In this document: positions 10,369 through 20,163 of the stretch, piece by piece
Layout: each line of letters opens with the position of its first letter
How positions within the stretch are numbered: the stretch's first letter is position 1
Origin: Microcystaceae cyanobacterium
Lineage (GTDB): Bacteria > Cyanobacteriota > Cyanobacteriia > Cyanobacteriales > Microcystaceae
Reading direction: 5' to 3'
Length of the DNA stretch: 59,574 bases
Assembly (NCBI GenBank): GCA_041746575.1
Contig: JBGTGT010000099.1
Span: 1-59,574 of the forward strand
Translations under genes and position numbers: made by a program
Notes under the pieces: model-generated
Databases searched by the model: none
Told to the model about the DNA's origin: nothing
Seen by the model: the letters and a program-made list of their open reading frames with translations, nothing else

Positions 10369-12270
10369 ATGGGATCTAAACAAACGGGAATTAAAGATTC
10401 AACCTTTGGTGATCATGCTAATATTGAGATTCATCAAATCACTCTTAGTAATTTACCTGTAAAAAGTACCAATATTCCTAGTGATGTTAAGCAGGGTTCA
10501 TCGTATTTTGTGGGAAGAATAAGAGATTTAGAGAATTTACATCGAGAGTTACAAAATCAAGAAAAGTCGAATATTGTTTCAATTTATGCGGTGCAAGGAA
10601 TGGGAGGGATAGGTAAAACGGAGTTAGCGATTCAATATGCGTTATCTCCTAAATACATTCAAAGTTATACGGCTTGTTATTGGTTTTCTTTGAGGGAAGG
10701 GGATTTAGCAACTTTAGTTTTAACAAAAACCTCTGCTTATTTAGCAATGCCAGAGATAATGAGGAAACAGGATACAATTGATCAACAAGTCAGATGGTGT
10801 TGGCAAAATTGGCATCCGCAAACAGATAATATTTTAATTGTAATTGATGATGTCAATCATTTAGAGGATATTCCCGAAAAATGGTTACCGATTGATTCTC
10901 GATTTAAGGTGATTATAACCACAAGACAACAAAATTTGAGTCCTCGTTTTACTGGGTTACCGTTAGGAGTGTTATCAGAAACGGAAGCGATATGCTTGTT
11001 AAAGAAGATTGTCGATAAAAAAGGAACAAACCGCATTGAGAATGAAGGGGAAACCGCAAAGAAAATTTGTCAGCGTTTGGGTTATTTACCGTTGGGGCTG
11101 GAGTTAGCGGCGACTTACATTGTCGATGATGAAATGTTAAGTTTAGAGGAATATTTACAACAATTAAATATACAAGATGAGTCGTTATCGGATGAGATGG
11201 TAAGGGGAATCACCGCAGAGAGAGGAGTGATTGCGGCGTTTGAATTAAGTTGGCAAAAATTAACGGGATTTTCAACTTATTTAGCGATGCTATTGAGTCG
11301 GTTTACCTCAGCAGATATTCCGTGGTTAGAATTAATTGAACCCACTATTAATCAGTTAGGATGGGATATAAAAGCGATAAAAGTAGCACGAAAACAATTA
11401 GCAAATTTAAACCTAATTGAGATTATTGAACAAAAAAATATAAGAATTCATACCCTCTTAAGAGAATATTATCGCTATCACAGCAAAAAAGCAGGAAGTC
11501 ATTTTATTCAGCAAGTACAAAAGTCTATTGCAATGAGTTGTCTTGCGGTGGCGAAAACGATTCCTCAAACGCCTGTTATTAAGGATATTGAAAGGGTGAC
11601 ACCATCAATTCCCCATTTGCAATATCTCAGTCAAACAATGTTAGATGATATTCCTAATCCAGATGATAATTTAATATGGGCATTTGTAGGAGTCGCATGG
11701 TTTTACGCAGGACAAGGACAGTATGACATTGCAGAACCTTTTTATCAACGTTGTCTCGATGAAATTACTTCTCGTTTAGGAGAAAATCATCCCTCTACTG
11801 CTACCAGTCTCAATAATTTAGCAGGATTATACGGTTCTCAAGGACGTTACAGTGAAGCAGAACCCTTGTATTTGCGTGCGCTTTCTATCATTGAACAGCA
11901 GTTAGGAGAAAATCATCCCGATACTGCTACCAGTCTCAATAATTTAGCAGGATTCTATGAAACGCAAGGTAAATATCAAAAAGCAGAAACCCTTGCACAA
12001 CGAGCATTAACGATTTATCTCAATACCGTCGGAGAACAGCATCCTCATACCTTGAATTCATTACTAATGGTAAAATTATTACAAGTGATGAAGTTATTGT
12101 CATGTAATAAGCAAACTCTAATTGAGATTTTACAAGCTTTAGCAGAGCAAGCGAACGTTCCCAAACTTAATCCAGAATCAGCGTTAACTTTGCTAGATGT
12201 AATGTTATCTAATCCCGAATTATTGCAGAATCTACGAGAAGCAATACAAACAGATACAGAAGAATTGTAA
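10369..12270 (+). CDS. NB-ARC (STAND) NTPase with C-terminal TPR repeats (bacterial NLR)
   Basis: YFVGR, Walker A GMGGIGKT, Walker B LIVIDDV, IITTR, GYLPLGL, IHTLL (MHD-like); HPxTATSLNNLA TPRs; AAGGAG RBS. Confidence 0.92.
   Translation: MGSKQTGIKDSTFGDHANIEIHQITLSNLPVKSTNIPSDVKQGSSYFVGRIRDLENLHRELQNQEKSNIVSIYAVQGMGGIGKTELAIQYALSPKYIQSYTACYWFSLREGDLATLVLTKTSAYLAMPEIMRKQDTIDQQVRWCWQNWHPQTDNILIVIDDVNHLEDIPEKWLPIDSRFKVIITTRQQNLSPRFTGLPLGVLSETEAICLLKKIVDKKGTNRIENEGETAKKICQRLGYLPLGLELAATYIVDDEMLSLEEYLQQLNIQDESLSDEMVRGITAERGVIAAFELSWQKLTGFSTYLAMLLSRFTSADIPWLELIEPTINQLGWDIKAIKVARKQLANLNLIEIIEQKNIRIHTLLREYYRYHSKKAGSHFIQQVQKSIAMSCLAVAKTIPQTPVIKDIERVTPSIPHLQYLSQTMLDDIPNPDDNLIWAFVGVAWFYAGQGQYDIAEPFYQRCLDEITSRLGENHPSTATSLNNLAGLYGSQGRYSEAEPLYLRALSIIEQQLGENHPDTATSLNNLAGFYETQGKYQKAETLAQRALTIYLNTVGEQHPHTLNSLLMVKLLQVMKLLSCNKQTLIEILQALAEQANVPKLNPESALTLLDVMLSNPELLQNLREAIQTDTEEL
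11776..11954 (+). repeat. Near-identical TPR-coding repeats with 126-bp period
   Basis: ttaggagaaaatcatccc..tactgctaccagtctcaataatttagcaggatt at 11776 and 11902. Confidence 0.85.
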
Positions 12271-12472
12271 AGCAATGCGTTAAGTTGTTAATCCTCTGCA
12301 TTAAGGCAGACTTGATACCAAATCCGACTTTTAAAACCCAGTTACGGATGGTTTCTCCCTACTGTCCTAAAAGTGGAGGTTGAGAAGATTATTGCGTTCC
12401 GTTGCACTTTCGTTTAACCCCGTTCAAACTTATGAGATCATAGGGAATGATTGACTGTTAACCTCTCTATAA

Positions 12473-13450
<978 letters not shown>

Positions 13451-13730
13451 AATGCGGCAGGGGGCAGAAGCGTCATTAAATCAATTTTTCCTACTTTTGC
13501 CTTCTGCCTATTCTCAATCATCCCCAATACTAAAGAATGAAAATATCTTCCGATTTAATGCTACTATGCTTGCTCAGTCTCCCCTCCCCTGCTTTTCCGC
13601 CTTATCCTTAGCACGTTTATAATTATTTTGGGCGTTTTATTAGGCTATCAAGATAAAGTGATGGGGTTTTCATCTGCTTTCATGGGATTATCCATCATTA
13701 CTCAAGCCTACACCTGTCAAGACAAAAAGG

Positions 13731-14516
13731 TTAATGCCTAATCTCTAGCCGTTTCAGCATCGCTTGACGTGCTTGATTAGCTAAAGCATCATCCAAAGGC
13801 GATAACGTGATTTCTGTACCATATTTTTGCTGTAAAGCGGTTTTAATCAACCAATCCGCCACAAAAGGGTTTTTAGGTAATAAAGGGCCATGGGAATAAG
13901 TAGCGATCGCATTGCGATAAAATGCCCCTTCATAACCATCTTCTCCATTATTACCATATCCCTTGATCACTTTCCCTAACGGGGCAACATCCCTCAAATA
14001 CGTGCGGCCACCGTGATTTTCAAAGCCAATAATGATCGGAGCTTCGCCCATCATCATTCTTAAATCCTCTGCAAGGGGAGAAGCCGTTACTTCAAAAATT
14101 ACATTGCCAATACAGCGTTTTGCTTCGATTCCGGGGTGTTTACTCACAAAATCTAGTAATCCTAGCCCCTCAATACGTTTTCCTAACGCAGGTTCATAAT
14201 AATGCCCTAATAGTTGCGGTGATCCACAGGTAAATACCCCCGGTATTCCGGTATCAAGTTGTTCCCGTAATATTTCAGCTTTTGCCCCTTGAAGATCCCG
14301 CATCACGATTTCCTGTTGGCGATCTTGTGCGCCCCCTCCGACAATGACATCGACCTGTTTGATCACAGAAGCGTCTGCTTGCCTATCTAGAGGAATAAGG
14401 GTAACCGAAATTCCCCGCCATTGACAACGCCGTTGCAGACAAATCACGTTGCCGCGATCGCCGTAGGTACTCATGAGGGTAGGATATAGCCAACCTAACC
14501 TTAATTCCATCGTCAT
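13731..14516 (-). CDS. gatD: CobQ/GatD-like type 1 glutamine amidotransferase
   Basis: LYPTLMSTYGDRGN, CGSPQLLG, GFENHGG and SHGPLLPKN motifs. Confidence 0.8.
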   Translation of the reverse strand: MTMELRLGWLYPTLMSTYGDRGNVICLQRRCQWRGISVTLIPLDRQADASVIKQVDVIVGGGAQDRQQEIVMRDLQGAKAEILREQLDTGIPGVFTCGSPQLLGHYYEPALGKRIEGLGLLDFVSKHPGIEAKRCIGNVIFEVTASPLAEDLRMMMGEAPIIIGFENHGGRTYLRDVAPLGKVIKGYGNNGEDGYEGAFYRNAIATYSHGPLLPKNPFVADWLIKTALQQKYGTEITLSPLDDALANQARQAMLKRLEIRH

Positions 14517-14845
14517 TGATTAAAATTAATTAAATCTATCATAGGCTTTTTTGACTAGGGGCGATCGCTTTTTGTTTCCCTTTTTCTCTTGTCCGCTTCA
14601 TTTGGCGCTCAGTAGTTGTTTGTATATTCGGAAATAATACAAGGTTCTCAAGAGACAATTTGCAAACTTTCTTAACAATACTAATATTAATTTTTCTGAG
14701 GTTTGCGGGAATCTTAGGAATGGATTTTGGATCAAGCTCAAGCTTTCGGAGATTAAGATCCGTCCAATTTTCAGGCCTCGTTTTTTCCTTTTTTTAGGAA
14801 TCGATGAGGGACAGTCTAAACCATTTTACACTTATTGGCGGAGTC

Positions 14846-15703
14846 ATGGCTAACTTCACAAATGAAAGGGGATTTTCCCTCAAAATCACCCCAAAAGTCT
14901 ATCTCGTTTGCTCATTTACCTTGCTCTTACTGGGAGCCATTGATCTTCCGCAAACCCTTGCCGCTACGAGAAGTGGAGGACGATATAAAGTAGAAGTTGA
15001 GACGTCTCCGGGCAATGATCATTTTACCCGTCTAGGGGCAGTTTACAGTTTTGTCACTGATGATTCCCTAGAGGGCTTTTACGATTATCGTAATTATAAA
15101 TATAACGGCATTCCCCTCAACTTCCAACCGGATCAAGCGCATATTTTTCTAGTTCATTCTCGTACTACTAATGAATTGGGTTTATTTTCGATTAACGGCA
15201 GTCCTCTGGAAACCAGTACCGCTTATATTCAACTGGAATATAAAATTAATAATGGTCTTTTTACCCGACTGGCTGTCACTGATGAACCTGATGAAATTCC
15301 GCTTCCGCAAGGGCCGATTCCCGCTCCTTTCGAGCGCATAGAAAGTCTTTATGGTTGGTGTAATCAGTTCAATGATGGGGCAGTGCTTTCTTATGTCGGT
15401 AATACTCCAGAATCACGCTTTAGTTTAGAAGTCAAAGTGGTGAGTTTGTGGTCTCACTTTAATGGTCAAATGGTATCAGATTGTTCCGCACCTGTTAAAA
15501 CCATTGATTCGATGGTCTTTTTATCTGCTAAAGATGATGGAGAGGTCGGAATTGGACCTGATTTCATGTTTCAACAAAACCTTCAAGATGGCTTAACTTT
15601 TAGAATTACACCCGCAAATGTGCCTGAACCTTCATTTTTTAATGGATTATTGATGATGGGTTTTCTGGGATTGGGTTTAATGAGTTTAAAACGGAATAAA
15701 TAA
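14846..15703 (+). CDS. PEP-CTERM sorting-domain surface protein, function unknown
   Basis: Signal peptide; C-terminal VPEPS + hydrophobic helix + KRNK. ATG 14846 with GGAG preferred over 14804. Confidence 0.85.
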   Translation: MANFTNERGFSLKITPKVYLVCSFTLLLLGAIDLPQTLAATRSGGRYKVEVETSPGNDHFTRLGAVYSFVTDDSLEGFYDYRNYKYNGIPLNFQPDQAHIFLVHSRTTNELGLFSINGSPLETSTAYIQLEYKINNGLFTRLAVTDEPDEIPLPQGPIPAPFERIESLYGWCNQFNDGAVLSYVGNTPESRFSLEVKVVSLWSHFNGQMVSDCSAPVKTIDSMVFLSAKDDGEVGIGPDFMFQQNLQDGLTFRITPANVPEPSFFNGLLMMGFLGLGLMSLKRNK

Positions 15704-15765
15704 TTAAACGTCGAAATTTCTCAAGATGATTCTGCGATAGATTGCCCCCAACAGCTATCATTTTT

Positions 15766-17907
15766 TTAGAAAGGTATATTTTCTTCATCTATATCTAAGG
15801 TTGGTGGTCGTCCTTTAATCATTGGTTTATCTAATGAAGTGTTAACAGTTTGAACGGACTGATTCGGAAGCTCGTGAGCGATTTCTTTGAGCGTTGTAGT
15901 AGAGCATTCTTGTTCGGTTTTGAGGTTTATTTTGACTTCAGTCTCATCCCCGCCATTGTTCATATCAATAACATCTCCCTCAAACATTTTCGCAAAACGT
16001 TCTGCGGCTTGCTCTATTTCTTTCTCTGTGAAATCACTTTCCTCTAAATCTGCCTCAGTAACAGGAGGATGATCAAACGCAACAGAAGAAGCCATCGCAG
16101 AATTACAATCAATTTTATGGCTTAATACTTGACTCTTGACTTCCTCGTAGGAAGGGGGTACGGTTTTGTCTTCTAATAATTGAATGTTAACGTTCTCTAT
16201 AGGAGCGGAAGCCGTGTTAATCGGGGATGTTTGATCGTTGATTGCCTCACGGGAAGAAGGTTCAACAGGGTGGCTCAATGCTTCAGTTTTGACTGTCTTA
16301 GTAGAAAAAGAAACAGAGTTAGAAGAGTCGGTTTTTGCCGGAATGGGGGCTTCCTCGCTGGTTGGAGAAGGAAGAGAAAAAACGTGAACGTGAACTTTGA
16401 TTTTTCGCCGACAAACCTTTTCGAGTGCGGTTTCAAGCTCACCGATTTTATCTTTAGCAAGTTTAAGAAAAGATTCATTTTGAATCCCAAGACGGGCAAC
16501 TGTCTTCTGTACTTCAATCAAATGACCTTGTCGTTGCATCAATCCGGCGGTAAAGGGGGGAAGATGACTCAGTAAAGCTTGCCAAATTTGTGCTAAATCC
16601 TCACTATAGTCGACAGGTTCAGGAATAGGTTTAGTCGCTTCAGGAAGGGGAATAGCAGAAGGGTTTTTGCCGTTATGAGAGGGAGGGGAAGAGGTGGCAA
16701 TAGATGAAACCGTTGTAGCAGGCTGAGGGGAAGGCGGCGCAGAAGAAACAACAGATACCGTAGATTCCGGCGATTTGGTTGAGATTTGGGTAGATTGGAC
16801 AGATGTAACGGTTAACGCAGAGGGCAAAAGGCTCAGAAGGGTTACTTCTAACCATAAACGGGGTTGAGTCGTGTTTTTAAGCTGTAATTCACTGTCTTTA
16901 AGGTATTTTTGTCCTCTCAGAATCGTTTCCAATGTCCACTGTTGGGCTTCTTGACAAAGGACTTCCCACGTCGGCGCAGTGACGGCTACCATCTCAGGGC
17001 AATGAGGAGCAGACTTGGCAATGAGCAAATTTAGATAAAATCCGGCTAAATTTTGCAAAACCACTAGGGGTTCTCGTCCTCGGTTCATCAAGTGACGACA
17101 ATGGGCTAATACTTCTGTTGCTTGATTAGACTGAATCGCTTGCAATAATTTTAATAAATCTTGTTCGGGTACTGCCCCGACTAAATCCCACACCTTTTCA
17201 GGGGTGATGGTGTCTGAGCCTAAACTAAGTTGATCGAGTAAGCTTTCTGCATCCCTTAAGCCGCCGTTAGCTATTTGCGCCACCAAATTCAGGGCTTCTG
17301 GGGTAATGTCAATGGTTTCTTTCTGGGCAATATAGTGAAGATGATTCACCATTTCCGTCAATGGAATCCGACGATAATCGAAGCGTTGACAACGGGAAAT
17401 AATAGTAGGTAAGACACGCTGAGGATCGGTTGTTGCTAAGACGAAAATAACTCGATCTGGCGGTTCTTCAATGGTTTTTAACAACGCATTAAAGGCCGCT
17501 ACACTGAGCATATGGCATTCATCGATCACATAGACTTTATACCGACACTGTACAGGCGCAAATTGCGATCGCTCAATAATCTCTCGGATATTATCTACTC
17601 CTGTATTGCTGGCAGCGTCAATTTCAATTACATCTAAGGCTGAACCTAGTGTAATCGCACGACACACGTCGCATTTCCCGCAAGGCATAGGGGTTGGCAC
17701 AGGAGACCCTAAACAATTGAGGGATTTCGCTAAAATTCGGGCTGAGGAGGTTTTTCCTGTCCCCCTTGGCCCCGTAAAGAGGTAAGCTGGGGCAATGCGC
17801 TGACGCTTAATGGCATGGGTAAGAGTATCAGCGATCGCACTTTGTCCTACTAAATCGGCAAAGGTTTGCGGACGGTACTTATGATGTAGGGGTTCGTAAG
17901 TGGCCAC
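15766..17907 (-). CDS. dnaX: DNA polymerase III subunit gamma/tau
   Basis: KYRPQTF, GPRGTGKT, Cys cluster, EIDAAS, DECH and SRC motifs; C-terminal IPF. Confidence 0.97.
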   Translation of the reverse strand: MATYEPLHHKYRPQTFADLVGQSAIADTLTHAIKRQRIAPAYLFTGPRGTGKTSSARILAKSLNCLGSPVPTPMPCGKCDVCRAITLGSALDVIEIDAASNTGVDNIREIIERSQFAPVQCRYKVYVIDECHMLSVAAFNALLKTIEEPPDRVIFVLATTDPQRVLPTIISRCQRFDYRRIPLTEMVNHLHYIAQKETIDITPEALNLVAQIANGGLRDAESLLDQLSLGSDTITPEKVWDLVGAVPEQDLLKLLQAIQSNQATEVLAHCRHLMNRGREPLVVLQNLAGFYLNLLIAKSAPHCPEMVAVTAPTWEVLCQEAQQWTLETILRGQKYLKDSELQLKNTTQPRLWLEVTLLSLLPSALTVTSVQSTQISTKSPESTVSVVSSAPPSPQPATTVSSIATSSPPSHNGKNPSAIPLPEATKPIPEPVDYSEDLAQIWQALLSHLPPFTAGLMQRQGHLIEVQKTVARLGIQNESFLKLAKDKIGELETALEKVCRRKIKVHVHVFSLPSPTSEEAPIPAKTDSSNSVSFSTKTVKTEALSHPVEPSSREAINDQTSPINTASAPIENVNIQLLEDKTVPPSYEEVKSQVLSHKIDCNSAMASSVAFDHPPVTEADLEESDFTEKEIEQAAERFAKMFEGDVIDMNNGGDETEVKINLKTEQECSTTTLKEIAHELPNQSVQTVNTSLDKPMIKGRPPTLDIDEENIPF

Positions 17908-18347
17908 AGGTTTAATGAGAAATAGTTAATAAATCAATAATTAACAACGATCTATCCTTAGCAGGACAATTTTTAAGCAAAATATATTAAGAATCAATGG
18001 CTGAATCTTAATGATTCATATTTTAGAACAAGAGTATTTAGTTTAGCGGTAAGGAATCTTCTCGTCAAGGAACGATTTCCCCCAGATGTTAACTTAAAAA
18101 GACGAAAGGACTTAAAAACAAGGATTACTCAGAGAAAATTTATGTTTACTTAGATTTTAACCTTTTTTTGTATTTTTTAGGCTTAATTTTTCTTAATTTA
18201 TTCGATGTCATCCCAGAAAGACTGTCCAAATCTTGACTTTTTATCTTAAAATAATGTAAATGATTGTAAAGATCCTTCAATCTTTATTAAAATAAGTATC
18301 AGTACTTTTTTTCTCAACCTCGTTTATTAAACAAAAATAGTAACATT

Positions 18348-19163
18348 ATGAAGCATCGTGGTGTAAAGCGACTCATTTTAGGACTTATCATCGGGCTTGT
18401 TCCCTTAATGGTTTGGTTTTCTCAGCCAGAGAGTGCCTTAGCTGTCAATAACCCTGAACTTTTGCCTTTAGAAACGACTCCTGTCGTGGATTTAGCCGAT
18501 TTTATTCCTCCCTACGAAGAAACAAGCTTAATCCAACAAATTGAAAATTTTGAGCAAGAAACAGGCTGGAAGTTGCGGATTTTGACCCAATACGACCGCA
18601 GTCCAGGGCGTGCTGTGATCAAATTTTGGGGACTCGATGATCAAAGCATTTTAATGGTCGCAGATGCCAGAGGGGGTAACTTGTTAGCCTTTAGTGTAGG
18701 GGATGCCGTTTACAACTTACTGCCTCGGACGTTTTGGATTGAATTACAAACCCGTTTCGGCAACCTGTATTATATTCGAGAACATGGCGAAAATAATGCG
18801 ATCGTTGAGGCCTTAAGCGCCGTCAAAGGCTGTTTACTGCAAGGGGGCTGTTCGGTGGTGCCTGGGTTACCAAAAGAGCAGTGGATTCTCACCCTAGTGA
18901 CTTCAGTCGTGGGGGGTATTATCTTCGGACTGGCGGGCATTCCCCGTAAAGGTAATCAAATCTTTGCTTGGCAATGGGCGTTGATTATGTCACCTCTATG
19001 GGGCATTTTATTCCTCGCCTTTGGTATTGGTCCAGTTGTGACTCGAACAACAGATCTTCTGCCTTTATTCCGTAACTTTATGGGATTTGCGTTAGGTGCG
19101 TTAGTGGCTTTTCTCTCACCGACGTTCAATCAACCCACGCCTTCGGAAAACCAGTCTCGATAA
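18348..19163 (+). CDS. TPM-domain membrane protein (conserved cyanobacterial)
   Basis: Signal peptide; NNPELLP, TGWKLRILTQ, FWIELQTRFGN and CxxVPG motifs; C-terminal TM helices. Confidence 0.8.
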   Translation: MKHRGVKRLILGLIIGLVPLMVWFSQPESALAVNNPELLPLETTPVVDLADFIPPYEETSLIQQIENFEQETGWKLRILTQYDRSPGRAVIKFWGLDDQSILMVADARGGNLLAFSVGDAVYNLLPRTFWIELQTRFGNLYYIREHGENNAIVEALSAVKGCLLQGGCSVVPGLPKEQWILTLVTSVVGGIIFGLAGIPRKGNQIFAWQWALIMSPLWGILFLAFGIGPVVTRTTDLLPLFRNFMGFALGALVAFLSPTFNQPTPSENQSR

Positions 19164-19280
19164 TTCTAATTTTTTGAGCAAATAACTGGTATCTTTAGGG
19201 AACATTTGCCAAAGATTTTTCGCCACTAAACTCTAGTGCTAAAATTTTTGATTAATCTACTTAATGGCAAGTGAATCTAG

Positions 19281-20066
19281 ATGTTTCAGCGATCATCTCT
19301 TTCAATAATAAGGGTGCGTAACCTAACCTTTTCCGTACTAAGTCTAACTGTTTTCGTGTCGGGTGTGAATTCTATGCCGCTTCATGCCCAAACGATGACA
19401 AAGTCAGAACAAATGCCGATTGCTCAAGTCACTGACGAAGCCAAAAATGCTCAGTTGCAACGTAAAACCTTTATGTTGCTTGACACCCTAAAAGCCGGCA
19501 AATACGAAGAAGCTCAGAAAATGGCGGCTCCCGACTTAGCCAAACAGCTTACACCTGAAACGATCGCTAAGTTGTGGGAAAATGTCATCAAAACAACAGG
19601 AGACGTTCAAAAATACGGGGATACAAGCGTTGTCAATACCATTAACGGTGATGTGGTTATTGTTGAAACAATGTTTAGTAAAACCACTCAAGACCTTGTG
19701 GTAACTTATAATCAAGCAGGAGAAATTGTTGGCGTCAATGTACCGGGTTTGCAGTCCGTCGAACAAATCTCTCAAGATTTAATCATGGCTTTGAGTGAAA
19801 AAAATTATACGGTGGCTCGTCAAAATCTGCATCCTTTTCTGAAAGGAGAGCTATTTTCTGAACAAATTCAAGAAAAATGGGAGAATGTCATCGCACAAAA
19901 TGGGGCATTTAAAAGCATCAAAGATGTGACTATTATTAATGGATTTGGCCGTCAGAATGGTCAATTGGTCACGGTTACGGTGGAATTTGAAAAGACAACC
20001 GATGATATTTTAATTATCTTTGATGGAAGTCGACTCATTACTGGGGTAAATATGGCTGTTGAATAA
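19281..20066 (+). CDS. Secreted protein with two DUF3887-like domains
   Basis: Signal peptide; internal duplication (W..VI...G ... F.KTT.D ... I.GVN). Confidence 0.65.
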   Translation: MFQRSSLSIIRVRNLTFSVLSLTVFVSGVNSMPLHAQTMTKSEQMPIAQVTDEAKNAQLQRKTFMLLDTLKAGKYEEAQKMAAPDLAKQLTPETIAKLWENVIKTTGDVQKYGDTSVVNTINGDVVIVETMFSKTTQDLVVTYNQAGEIVGVNVPGLQSVEQISQDLIMALSEKNYTVARQNLHPFLKGELFSEQIQEKWENVIAQNGAFKSIKDVTIINGFGRQNGQLVTVTVEFEKTTDDILIIFDGSRLITGVNMAVE

Positions 20067-20087
20067 ACATTAAATTCAGTTAATATC

Positions 20088-20125
20088 AAAAAAAAGGGTG
20101 AGGGTTTAATAGTCCCCACCTTTTT
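20088..20125. terminator. Probable bidirectional rho-independent terminator
   Basis: A-tract, GGGTGAGG...CCCCACC stem, T-tract between convergent genes. Confidence 0.65.
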
Positions 20126-20163
20126 AAGTTCAACCATGAAAAATTGAAGACAGCAGAAATCTA

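Noticed and set aside
12313..12350. ATACCAAATCCG segment (and similar words near 57130, 57275 and 58095) as IS ends
   Set aside because: They look like cyanobacterial IS/MITE termini, but no paired end, TSD or transposase is visible
15766..17907. Possible intein or insertion in the long dnaX
   Set aside because: The AAA+ region is uninterrupted; extra length is low-complexity Ser/Pro/Glu linker with no intein terminal motifs
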